Source: a virus
IMG/VR virus record: IMGVR_UViG_3300047388_000429
Coordinates: 6,426-70,425 of that record
Direction: 5' to 3' (one strand)
Length of the DNA stretch: 64,000 nt
Shown here in pieces: positions 10,973-18,331 of this stretch. A program made the translations under genes and the position numbers. The notes beneath the pieces are model-generated. The model was not told where the DNA came from and made no database searches. It saw only the letters and a program-made list of their open reading frames with translations. Within the stretch, counting starts at the first letter, position 1; the number at the start of each line of letters is the position of its first letter.

Positions 10973-11380
10973 TCAATGACGCCGGTCCGCGTCCAGCGCA
11001 AGCGCACCCGATGCCGTTGGGGTAAGATTAATAAGCCATTTTCTTACCAGAGATCTAAGTTCAGGAGTAATTATTTTTCCAGCATGAAGATCACGATGAC
11101 ATTGGCGACATACCCACAAAACATCGAGAGGTTTATTATAATCTTTATGATGCTTTTCCAGATTTTTAAATCCACCACAATTGAAGCATGGCCGAGGCTT
11201 AAGTTTACCAATTTGTTGATATCTATTAGCAAGAGAAACGGCTCTATGTTTTTTCTTTTCCAGATGAGTAAATTCAGAATATGGTTTTCTGGTCTCGCGC
11301 ATATAAGTATTATGGCACGTTCTACAATAACGTCCACATTTTCTTTGGGGATTTATCCCGCAATAAGAGCACAACTTCAT
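10973..11380 (-). CDS. HNH-like endonuclease, antisense to the early operon
   Basis: CxxC pairs; EKHHKDYNKPLDVLWVCRQCHRDLH; AT-rich. Confidence 0.7.
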   Translation of the reverse strand: MKLCSYCGINPQRKCGRYCRTCHNTYMRETRKPYSEFTHLEKKKHRAVSLANRYQQIGKLKPRPCFNCGGFKNLEKHHKDYNKPLDVLWVCRQCHRDLHAGKIITPELRSLVRKWLINLTPTASGALALDADRRH

Positions 11381-11428
11381 GAAACAATTATGTACCACAA
11401 CTAATAAAAAAAGTAATCCAGAATCGCA

Positions 11429-12148
11429 ATGAAAAAAGAAATTAAAATTGGAAATTGTACTTTGATTCATGGAGATAGCATCAGGGCATTACCAGAACTA
11501 GGACAATGCGCAAATCTAGTCATTACAGATCCCCCATATCGGTTGACCGCCGGAGGCTGCACCGAGGGCGGCCTTCACAAGCGCTTTGGGGGCGGTGGCG
11601 TGTACGATAATAGCGGGGAGATCGTTCCCTGCGATATCGACTGGCCTGATTTCATGCCCCTCTTATACGCCGCCCTAGGCCCTTCTACGCAGGCATATGT
11701 TATGTGTAATAATAGGCATATTCAGAACATGCTTGTCGCCGCCGAAAAGGCCGGATTTGATTTCCACAATATGCTGGTCTGGGACAAGGGGACAGCGACC
11801 CCGAATCGTTGGTACATGAAGAACTGCGAGTTCACGGGATTTTTCTACAAGAAGCCCGCCCGCGCGATCGCCGACTGCGGGGCCAAGCAGTTGATCAGCT
11901 GCCCGCAGGTGGACGTCACGGACCATCCGACGGAAAAGCCGGTTCCGCTGATGCGCCACTACATCGAACAGAGCAGCGCGCGCGGGGATATTGTCCTCGA
12001 TCCTTTCATGGGATCTGGGAGTACCGGCGTGGCTGCGGTGCAGTCTGGGCGTCGATTTATCGGCATAGAAAAAGATGAGCGTTTTTTCAACATGGCGGTC
12101 AGGCGTATTCTGGATGCCGTCGATAATTTTCAGGAGAGATTGATCTAA
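11429..12148 (+). CDS. DNA amino-methyltransferase (N6A/N4C, beta class)
   Basis: DPPY, HPTEKP, DPFMGSGST motifs. Confidence 0.92.
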   Translation: MKKEIKIGNCTLIHGDSIRALPELGQCANLVITDPPYRLTAGGCTEGGLHKRFGGGGVYDNSGEIVPCDIDWPDFMPLLYAALGPSTQAYVMCNNRHIQNMLVAAEKAGFDFHNMLVWDKGTATPNRWYMKNCEFTGFFYKKPARAIADCGAKQLISCPQVDVTDHPTEKPVPLMRHYIEQSSARGDIVLDPFMGSGSTGVAAVQSGRRFIGIEKDERFFNMAVRRILDAVDNFQERLI

Positions 12149-12570
12149 TGGCTAGGGCAGAAATGACGGAAGAGGAAATAGCAGCACATCTATCATGGAT
12201 GCCATCTGAAGAAGAAAATGCAGCTATGTGGGCCGAGTTTGCGCGACTTGAGGCGATAGAGAACAAAAAGCTTGAAGATATAAAACAGCGCGTGAAGGAA
12301 CTATGTGGACGCAAATTCTACACACTTTTTTTAGAATATCTTCAAAACATGAAAGAAATGTCCACACAGATTCATAGTTGGAAATTGACCACAGAAAAAC
12401 CCTATATAAAGAAAAAGCAGCGGATTGATGAGATCAGCTGTAATTCTCGTATAACGCATGAATATGTAGACCAGTACCGCAACGGCGGCATGGAGGGAGA
12501 TGATTTTGCGGGGCAGATATGGTTGCATATCAAAGGAAATCGTTACTTTAATTTTCACTATAGAATGTAA
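12148..12570 (+). CDS. Hypothetical protein
   Basis: 140-aa ORF coupled to the MTase stop. Confidence 0.6.
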   Translation: MARAEMTEEEIAAHLSWMPSEEENAAMWAEFARLEAIENKKLEDIKQRVKELCGRKFYTLFLEYLQNMKEMSTQIHSWKLTTEKPYIKKKQRIDEISCNSRITHEYVDQYRNGGMEGDDFAGQIWLHIKGNRYFNFHYRM

Positions 12571-12917
12571 AGGATGACAAAATAATGACCCCAGATTATG
12601 AAGCTCTTTACAAGGCGGCGCGCAAATACATCGACAAGTGCCCTTGCGATCCAGATATTAACAGAGATCAACTCGCGGCGTGGAATTCATTGATCAATTT
12701 GGAAGAGAGCATGGGGATCAAAAAATGAGTCGCGCCGATCGCGCCGCCGCCCTGATGCGCCTTGAGATCAATAATGCGAAAAAAACCGATACTTTCATAA
12801 ACCGGAACGTCGCCTTCGTGATCTGGGAGGACGGCCAGGAGCGCGTCATCCATCTTCCGTATATGAAATATTTCAGTTGGATTTGCCGGCAATAGTTTGT
12901 GGATGACGCCCGATAAG

Positions 12918-13289
12918 CTAGATCATGGATCGCGGCCGGATCGGGACCAGCATATGGATGCTCTCGAGCTTTATCCCTGCGCGGCTCGGGTGAGGATCGT
13001 GAGCCAGTTTTCCCTCAAAATAGATCACCGCATGATCGACGCCGCGGGGGCTCGGTCCAAAAGCGAGATAAAAGCATTCAGGGCATACGATCCGCCGCGG
13101 TTCGAAAGCTATATAACCGTGCTTTTCTAAGAAGTTATGATATCCAGTCCAGAACCCTTCAGGACAATCGTGGAAATTCGGGACCACGTCGATCGGCAAT
13201 TCGAGGATCGACGCCACGGCCGCCTGCAGGCAGTTTCCCTTCGATCCTTTTTCTTTATCGTAAAATTTGTCCTGATCAACGGGTTTCAT
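12918..13289 (-). CDS. Hypothetical phage protein (possible cysteine-peptidase fold)
   Basis: GNCLQAAVAS...HAVIY...HDPHP. Confidence 0.6.
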   Translation of the reverse strand: MKPVDQDKFYDKEKGSKGNCLQAAVASILELPIDVVPNFHDCPEGFWTGYHNFLEKHGYIAFEPRRIVCPECFYLAFGPSPRGVDHAVIYFEGKLAHDPHPSRAGIKLESIHMLVPIRPRSMI

Positions 13290-13752
13290 TTATTTTGTCC
13301 TTATTGACTTTTTGGCGGGTGGTCGCGCCGAACGCTGAAGGCTGATCTTCAGATTTGATCTCGTAAAAAAGGAAGGGCATCCTCCCCGTATGGGTGACCG
13401 CGCCAGGCTTCCCGATTTCAGGGGCACGGCCGGTCAGGATATCCGAGCAATCCCAAGCCCCACGGCTGCCGGTTCCTCTATGATAGGCCATTCCGGCCCC
13501 GCATTCACAGCGCACATATGCCGCATAAATCAGGTCCGTGTCTTTATAATATTTCCCAGCTTTATCGGCGCGCGCCTTGAGGATCGGCCAGAGAAAATTA
13601 TAAAAAAATCGGTTTTTAAGATTGTAGAACGGCTGCGAAATAAAAGGCCAAATCCTGTATTTGTATCTGTCGCCCGTCAGGTAATTGAGGATCTTACCGT
13701 GCGCCCAGCATGAGAAAAAACATGTTATAAAACCAAGGATAAACATTTTCAT
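13276..13752 (-). CDS. Hypothetical protein
   Basis: 158-aa ORF coupled to the spanin gene. Confidence 0.55.
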   Translation of the reverse strand: MKMFILGFITCFFSCWAHGKILNYLTGDRYKYRIWPFISQPFYNLKNRFFYNFLWPILKARADKAGKYYKDTDLIYAAYVRCECGAGMAYHRGTGSRGAWDCSDILTGRAPEIGKPGAVTHTGRMPFLFYEIKSEDQPSAFGATTRQKVNKDKINETR

Positions 13753-13997
13753 TTTATTTCGTGCCCCAAAAGAGCCCTGCAGCGATCGATGGACGCCCCT
13801 TGGTTTTCTACATACTCAGCGGCCTTCCCGTCCGTTATCGGGGCCGTCGGCCGCAGTGGATGGTCGCACTGATCCTCCGGATCACTTGGCGCGATTCGGA
13901 TGAGGCTGGGGCATCCCGCTAATGGCAGCACCAACAAGAGGACTGACAGGGCGCATAAAAATCGGACTTTCGTGCAACTTTTCATTAATAATTGCAT
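13749..13997 (-). CDS. o-spanin (Rz1-like lipoprotein)
   Basis: Hydrophobic signal with LAGC lipobox, Pro-rich, overlaps the i-spanin gene. Confidence 0.7.
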   Translation of the reverse strand: MQLLMKSCTKVRFLCALSVLLLVLPLAGCPSLIRIAPSDPEDQCDHPLRPTAPITDGKAAEYVENQGASIDRCRALLGHEIK

Positions 13998-14214
13998 ATT
14001 TATCTCCTATTTTTGCAATTTCGATCTGGGCCGCCACCTTCTGATTATCAGCTGCCGCCGTATATTCTGCCTTGCAGGCCGCTTCTCCGCTTTTAAAAAC
14101 ATGATGATGATACAAGAGCGCAGCCGTCGCGATGGCCGCGCAACATCCGAGCGTCAACCAGGTTGAAGTTGAAATGCCGACCGCGTCTTCCGCAACTTCA
14201 GTGACGATACCCAT
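13882..14214 (-). CDS. i-spanin (Rz-like)
   Basis: N-terminal TM plus helical region, directly after the endolysin. Confidence 0.7.
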   Translation of the reverse strand: MGIVTEVAEDAVGISTSTWLTLGCCAAIATAALLYHHHVFKSGEAACKAEYTAAADNQKVAAQIEIAKIGDKYAIINEKLHESPIFMRPVSPLVGAAISGMPQPHPNRAK

Positions 14215-14723
14215 TAGGAGCCCAATCCTTTCAAGCAAGCATTCATTTGTTCTTCTCGGCGCGTGACGATCCCGTAACAGTTATTTGCTTTTACACGGCA
14301 ATCTTTCCCAGCGACATAAACCCATCGAGGGAACTGTCGGCATGCGCCCGCAATATCGCCGGATTTAATGAGCCTGAGCATCGTTGATTTTTTAAAATTT
14401 CCCGCGCCGGCATTGAAGACTTCATCGACAAATACCTTTTTTGTCTCCGGCGGGATCTTCGCACCACCCGTCAGAAAATCCACAGTGGCAATCGCATTGA
14501 CGGTATCACTGTGCAAAAATTCCTTGCATTGCTCATCCGTGGCGACGTCGCCTTCTTTCACACCATCGGTGTGACCGGAGCATATCGTGTAAATACCGCC
14601 GGTATCTTTGTAAGCGTGGTGAACTATACCTTCGTGAGGTCTAATAAAATTCATGCAGCAGATGACGAATGCTGCGCTGGTGCCCGCTGCGATCTTGGAA
14701 AGACGTGGATTATTTCCCATCAC
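14214..14723 (-). CDS. Endolysin, GH24 lysozyme, probable SAR type
   Basis: HEG...AYKDTGGIYTICSGHT (E-D-T triad); weakly hydrophobic N-terminus. Confidence 0.9.
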   Translation of the reverse strand: MMGNNPRLSKIAAGTSAAFVICCMNFIRPHEGIVHHAYKDTGGIYTICSGHTDGVKEGDVATDEQCKEFLHSDTVNAIATVDFLTGGAKIPPETKKVFVDEVFNAGAGNFKKSTMLRLIKSGDIAGACRQFPRWVYVAGKDCRVKANNCYGIVTRREEQMNACLKGLGS

Positions 14724-14769
14724 CTTCCTCCAAAATAATCGCCGAGGGGACTGCCCTCGGCGATCAATG

Positions 14770-15018
14770 TCAGGCGCCCGTTACCTCTGTGGCAACTTCT
14801 GTCGCAGTTGTCTCCACCGTTTTTTCAACAGTTTCTGCGCCGGCCGCGACCGTAGTTTCGACGGCCGTTACTTCGATTTCTTTCTTTTCGACCGCAGCCT
14901 TTTCGTGCGCCAACAGCGCATCGATCTTGGCGTGAGCCTCAGCAAGGACAGCCTCGATTTCAGCCTTGAGATGTTCGCCTGCGGTTTCGACTTTTGTTAT
15001 CAGGTCTTGTAGGCTCAT
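14770..15018 (-). CDS. Hypothetical acidic protein
   Basis: AAGGA RBS; hairpin downstream. Confidence 0.6.
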   Translation of the reverse strand: MSLQDLITKVETAGEHLKAEIEAVLAEAHAKIDALLAHEKAAVEKKEIEVTAVETTVAAGAETVEKTVETTATEVATEVTGA

Positions 15019-15075
15019 GATCTATTTTCCTTTTTAAGATTTAAGACTTTGGTTTGTAGATTCGCGAGCTCCATC

Positions 15076-15477
15076 CTACGCTGCTGCGGAGGCAGACGCT
15101 GTATCTGTGCCATTGCCGTTTTGATCTCCCGCTGGACTGGCTACCACCGGAGGCGCTGATACCGCTACCTGAATAGCGGAAAGAACTCCGTTCGTTACCG
15201 CCTGTGCGATTACATTGGCGTCCTGATCAGTGATATCGATATTCAGAGACAGCGCCTGCGCCTTGATAAGCACGGCCGCCGATTGAATGGCCGCCTGCGG
15301 CTGTTGTCCGCCAGCGATGGTCGCGAGCGCCAACGTCGTCGGCTCAGTGAGATCAAGGGCGGAAAATTTGGTGACCAGGCCATTGAGCATCTCAATGTTG
15401 GCCTGCAGCAACGTATAAAGAGACGGGGCCGGTGCCTTGAAGAGCGGGATGACTTTATCGACTAAAGCAGTGGACAT
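15076..15477 (-). CDS. Hypothetical protein
   Basis: AAGGAAG RBS, 133 aa. Confidence 0.6.
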   Translation of the reverse strand: MSTALVDKVIPLFKAPAPSLYTLLQANIEMLNGLVTKFSALDLTEPTTLALATIAGGQQPQAAIQSAAVLIKAQALSLNIDITDQDANVIAQAVTNGVLSAIQVAVSAPPVVASPAGDQNGNGTDTASASAAA

Positions 15478-15559
15478 ATTACTTCCTTTCAGATTTTGAA
15501 TCCGCGGGGATGCGGTAAAAGAATCATGGCAGATATTTTTTTATTGCACAATCGAAAAG

Positions 15560-15633
15560 TGGTTCTGGGGGCACGGATCGAACGTGCATTACCTGATTCA
15601 AAGTCAGGGGGCCTACCATTAGCCGACCCCAGA
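15560..15633 (-). tRNA. tRNA-Gln(UUG)
   Basis: CCTGA-CT TTG AA-TCAGG arm, TTCGA T-loop, CCA. Confidence 0.92.
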
Positions 15634-15638
15634 AAAAG

Positions 15639-15711
15639 TGGGTTGTGCGCGGGATTTGAACCCGATACGCCGAGTCACAATCGGCTGCTTTGCCGTTAAG
15701 CTACGCACAAA
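15639..15711 (-). tRNA. tRNA-His(GUG), 4-bp T-stem
   Basis: GCCGA-TT GTG AC-TCGGC; C73-CCA. Confidence 0.85.
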
Positions 15712-15713
15712 CT

Positions 15714-15787
15714 TGGCAGAGGGCCTGTGAATCGAACACAGATTAGCCGTTTTGGAGGCGGCGAGCTTGCCATTAGCAGAGCCCTCT
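15714..15787 (-). tRNA. tRNA-Trp(CCA)
   Basis: GCCGC-CT CCA AA-ACGGC; G73-CCA. Confidence 0.88.
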
Positions 15788-15801
15788 AAATTGGTCGGCG
15801 A

Positions 15802-16209
15802 TCACTTGCCGTGTTTTAAATATTTCTCCCGTCGTACTCTCTGTTGTTTTTCCTTAGTCCATGTACTCCACTCATCTCTACGCCTTCCCGAGCGGGCAGC
15901 GTCCCTTTCTCCCTTAGACGCATAGAGTTGATTAGGCTTCGAAGCCGCAGAACAGTTGCAACTCAAATGCGAGAACGCGATGTTTTCTAGGTCAAAGAAA
16001 GATGCCAAAGGATCAGCCGCTCCCATCCATGCCTCCTTGTGCTCGATGGACATATCCGACGAAGATATGATCTCATTTTGACACCTGAAACACTTGTTAA
16101 GGCCAGCTTTACACACTAGTGAGAAAAGAACATTCTTTCTCAGTTTATGTGTGGCAGTACCTATGGGCATCCCGAGTAAGGACGCTTTCTTGTCGTTATG
16201 TTTGCTCAT
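15802..16209 (-). CDS. HNH-like endonuclease inserted at the 3' end of tRNA-Pro
   Basis: CFRC...SIEH...NIAFSHLSCN; GGAGG RBS. Confidence 0.75.
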   Translation of the reverse strand: MSKHNDKKASLLGMPIGTATHKLRKNVLFSLVCKAGLNKCFRCQNEIISSSDMSIEHKEAWMGAADPLASFFDLENIAFSHLSCNCSAASKPNQLYASKGERDAARSGRRRDEWSTWTKEKQQRVRREKYLKHGK

Positions 16210-16243
16210 CGTTTACCTCCGTATTTAATGTTGCAAACGAATG

Positions 16244-16319
16244 TCGGTACGGCAGGATTTGAACCTGCGATCCTCTGGTCCCAAGCCAGATGGGGACGGC
16301 CAGACTCCCCTACGTACCG
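16244..16319 (-). tRNA. tRNA-Pro(UGG), no encoded CCA
   Basis: TCTGG-CT TGG GA-CCAGA; C1:G72, A73. Confidence 0.9.
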
Positions 16320-16326
16320 TTTATTT

Positions 16327-16403
16327 TGGTGGGCCGCCTCGGACTTGAACCGAGAGAAAGCTTGTTCCTAAGACAAGTGCGTCTGCCATTCCGCCAGCAG
16401 CCC
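16327..16403 (-). tRNA. tRNA-Leu(UAG), short variable region
   Basis: CTTGT-CT TAG GA-ACAAG; Leu-type D arm; A73-CCA. Confidence 0.88.
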
Positions 16404-16404
16404 A

Positions 16405-16487
16405 TGGTGCGAGTAATCAGAATCGAACTGATACGCCGAAGCGAGCGATTTTAAGTCGCTTGCGTCTACCTATTCCGCCATACTCGC
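16405..16487 (-). tRNA. tRNA-Leu(UAA)
   Basis: AGCGA-CT TAA AA-TCGCT; variable arm; CCA. Confidence 0.92.
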
Positions 16488-16512
16488 TTATAAAATTCTC
16501 CTTTCGCGCAAT

Positions 16513-16544
16513 AAAAAAACCCCGCCTTGTTTAGGGGCGGGGTT
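16513..16544 (-). terminator. Attenuator terminator 3 (upstream of the Leu-Leu-Pro-Trp-His-Gln block)
   Basis: AACCCCGCC-CCTAAACAA-GGCGGGG followed by TTTTTTT. Confidence 0.88.
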
Positions 16545-16570
16545 CAGAGCTTTCGCACTCTTACCGTATA

Positions 16571-16642
16571 TTACCGCCCAAGCATAAAGGCTCCCAGTGG
16601 GAGTTGCTGTAAATGCCAGGGCTGTAACAAATTCTTTTTCAT
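16571..16642 (-). CDS. Leader peptide 3, MKKNLLQPWHLQQLPLGAFMLGR
   Basis: Codons 5-16 are only L/Q/P/W/H, matching the downstream tRNAs; stop 26 nt before the terminator. Confidence 0.85.
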   Translation of the reverse strand: MKKNLLQPWHLQQLPLGAFMLGR

Positions 16643-16648
16643 TGTTTT

Positions 16649-16677
16649 ACAATATGATGATTCTTTGAGAATTGCAA
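16649..16677 (-). promoter_or_regulatory. Sigma70-like promoter giving a leaderless leader-3 transcript
   Basis: TTGCAA-17 nt-TATTGT-6 nt-ATG. Confidence 0.7.
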
Positions 16678-16683
16678 GAGAAA

Positions 16684-16759
16684 TGGTCCGTCCAGAGAGA
16701 CTCGAACTCCCAGCCTGAAACTTAGAAGGTTCCTGCTCTTCCAATTGAGCTATGGACGG
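16684..16759 (-). tRNA. tRNA-Arg(UCU)
   Basis: GGAAC-CT TCT AA-GTTTC; CCA. Confidence 0.92.
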
Positions 16760-16760
16760 A

Positions 16761-16849
16761 TGGTGCATGGGGATGGATTTGAACCACCGATGTTAACCCA
16801 AAGGGACCTGATCTACAGTCAGGCGCATTCGCCGCTCTGCCACCCATGC
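16761..16849 (-). tRNA. tRNA-Tyr(GUA)
   Basis: CCTGA-CT GTA GA-TCAGG; long variable arm; CCA. Confidence 0.92.
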
Positions 16850-16858
16850 GTTATCTTT

Positions 16859-16947
16859 TGGCGGATGCTGAAGGGGTCGAACCTTCGTGAGCCAGCGAGG
16901 CTCCGCAGTTTAGCAAACTGCTCGTTTTACCATTCACGCAAGCATCC
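16859..16947 (-). tRNA. tRNA-Ser(GCU)
   Basis: GCAGT-TT GCT AA-ACTGC; long variable arm; G73. Confidence 0.92.
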
Positions 16948-16955
16948 AGAAAAAT

Positions 16956-17043
16956 TGGCGGAGGGTAAAGGAGTCGAACCATCAGCGCATTCAAGGCTGG
17001 CGACAGTTTTCAAGACTGTTTGTCCCCGCGGACGCTACCCTCC
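16956..17043 (-). tRNA. tRNA-Ser(UGA), probable 8/4 fold
   Basis: ACAGT-CT TGA AA-ACTGT; acceptor GGAGGGTA/TACCCTCC (8 bp). Confidence 0.85.
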
Positions 17044-17117
17044 GGACTCACGAACCGGACTCGAACCGGCATAAGCGATTTTGCAGACCGCTGCATAACC
17101 TTTCTGACCACCGCGAG
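17044..17117 (-). tRNA. tRNA-Cys(GCA)
   Basis: GCGGT-CT GCA AA-ATCGC; U73; ends in CC and abuts G1 of tRNA-Ser. Confidence 0.85.
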
Positions 17118-17123
17118 AGAAAT

Positions 17124-17205
17124 TGGCACGCCCGACAGGAGTTGAACCTGCATCTTCCATCCGATTACCTTTGTCGGCGTTCGTAGCACCGAGGGTTACG
17201 GGCGT
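17124..17205 (-). tRNA. Rearranged tRNA-Arg(ACG) lacking a conventional D arm
   Basis: Acceptor ACGCCCG/CGGGCGT-G-CCA and canonical T arm; anticodon arm CGGTG-CT ACG AA-CGCCG comes right after the acceptor 5' strand. Confidence 0.7.
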
Positions 17206-17206
17206 A

Positions 17207-17282
17207 TGGTACGACGAACCGGAGTCGAACCGGCACCCTGCGGGTCCGGAACCCACCGCTCTTCCAGTTGAGCTTCCGTCGT
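17207..17282 (-). tRNA. tRNA-Arg(CCG)
   Basis: GTGGG-TT CCG GA-CCCGC; CCA. Confidence 0.9.
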
Positions 17283-17286
17283 AAAT

Positions 17287-17361
17287 TGGCGATCCTTGGG
17301 GGTGCTGCCCCCCCGACCTCCGCCGTGACAAGGCGGCGCTCTGCCGTTGAGCTAAAGGACC
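17287..17361 (-). tRNA. tRNA-Asp(GUC) with atypical T-loop
   Basis: CCGCC-TT GTC AC-GGCGG; T-loop GGCAGCA; G73. Confidence 0.85.
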
Positions 17362-17367
17362 ATGAAT

Positions 17368-17454
17368 TGGTGCCAGCCACAGGATTCGAACCTGCGATGA
17401 TCTTGCGATGACGGTTTACAAAACCGTTGCCTTCAACCACTCGGCAAAGCTGGC
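17368..17454 (-). tRNA. tRNA-Thr(UGU) with long variable arm
   Basis: ACGGT-TT TGT AA-ACCGT; G1:C72, C2:G71. Confidence 0.82.
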
Positions 17455-17789
17455 AATTTTATTATTCCAGCGTGAACTTTACGATGACAATTAGAGCAAA
17501 GAACAACGCACTTCTTTAATTCTTTTTCAACTTTTTTAAGAGAATGATTTGTAAAATTACTGATATTTATATTCATATCTTTTTTCTTTGGATCTAGATG
17601 ATGGAAGTCCAAACAATAAGGTTCTTTCTCTCCGCAAACCTTACATTTAAGTTTTTTCTTCATCTCTCTAAATTCTAACCGTCGTCTTTTTCTCCACGCA
17701 TTATTCAATTCCATGCGACGTTTTTTATTACGTGGATACCAGATTTCCCGATGGTATTTGGCGATTTCGCCTTTTGTTTTGTAACTCAT
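17433..17789 (-). CDS. HNH endonuclease within the tRNA array
   Basis: CKVCG...LDFHH...CVVLCSNCHRKVH; stop lies inside the tRNA-Thr D-loop. Confidence 0.8.
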   Translation of the reverse strand: MSYKTKGEIAKYHREIWYPRNKKRRMELNNAWRKRRRLEFREMKKKLKCKVCGEKEPYCLDFHHLDPKKKDMNINISNFTNHSLKKVEKELKKCVVLCSNCHRKVHAGIIKLPALPSG

Positions 17790-17818
17790 AAAAACACTAT
17801 ATAGCATGTTACAAAAAT

Positions 17819-17897
17819 TGGTAGCAGAGATCGGATTCGAACCGATGATAACAGCGTTATGAGCACCGTGCTTTGGGCCAGACTAAGCTACTCTGCG
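17819..17897 (-). tRNA. tRNA-Met(CAU), elongator-like (Ile2 not excluded)
   Basis: CGGTG-CT CAT AA-CGCTG; G2:C71, C3:G70; C11:G24; C1xU72 mismatch. Confidence 0.82.
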
Positions 17898-17903
17898 TCA
17901 ATT

Positions 17904-17978
17904 TGGTGCGCTGGCAGGGAGTTGAACCCTGTCCTCAAGCTTGGAAGGCTCGCATGCACCCACCAACAACTCCAGCGC
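17904..17978 (-). tRNA. tRNA-Gly(UCC)
   Basis: CGAGC-CT TCC AA-GCTTG; weak D stem; A73. Confidence 0.82.
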
Positions 17979-17985
17979 ATTATCT

Positions 17986-18060
17986 TGGCGGGGAACTGTG
18001 GAATTGAACCACATACGCGCGGACCTTCAAACCGCCGCTCTACCGATGAGCTAGATCCCC
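17986..18060 (-). tRNA. tRNA-Phe(GAA)
   Basis: GCGGT-TT GAA GG-TCCGC (U31xU39); G73. Confidence 0.82.
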
Positions 18061-18126
18061 AAAGTTAAACACGCGGCCGTGTGAGTTTCGGCTCTTACAC
18101 CATCGTGGCAGACGGGTTGCGTGAAT

Positions 18127-18202
18127 TGGCTCCCGAGAGTGGACTCGAACCACTGACAACTTGATTAACAGTCAAGGACTCTACCAACTGAGCTACTCGG
18201 AA
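18127..18202 (-). tRNA. tRNA-Asn(GUU)
   Basis: CTTGA-CT GTT AA-TCAAG; G73-CCA. Confidence 0.93.
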
Positions 18203-18213
18203 TAATTTTTATT

Positions 18214-18299
18214 TGGCCGGCGGGGCAGGACTTGAACCTGCGACCTCTTCATCCAGTGCGCATGGCATGAAGCGCTCTAACCAACTGAGCTACCCGCCG
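18214..18299 (-). tRNA. tRNA-like RNA with elongated anticodon arm, identity undetermined
   Basis: Canonical acceptor, D and T arms and CCA, but 16 nt (TGCCATGCGCACTGGA) replace the 7-nt anticodon loop. Confidence 0.75.
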
Positions 18300-18331
18300 A
18301 AAAATCATCATATCAACAATGTTCAATAACC

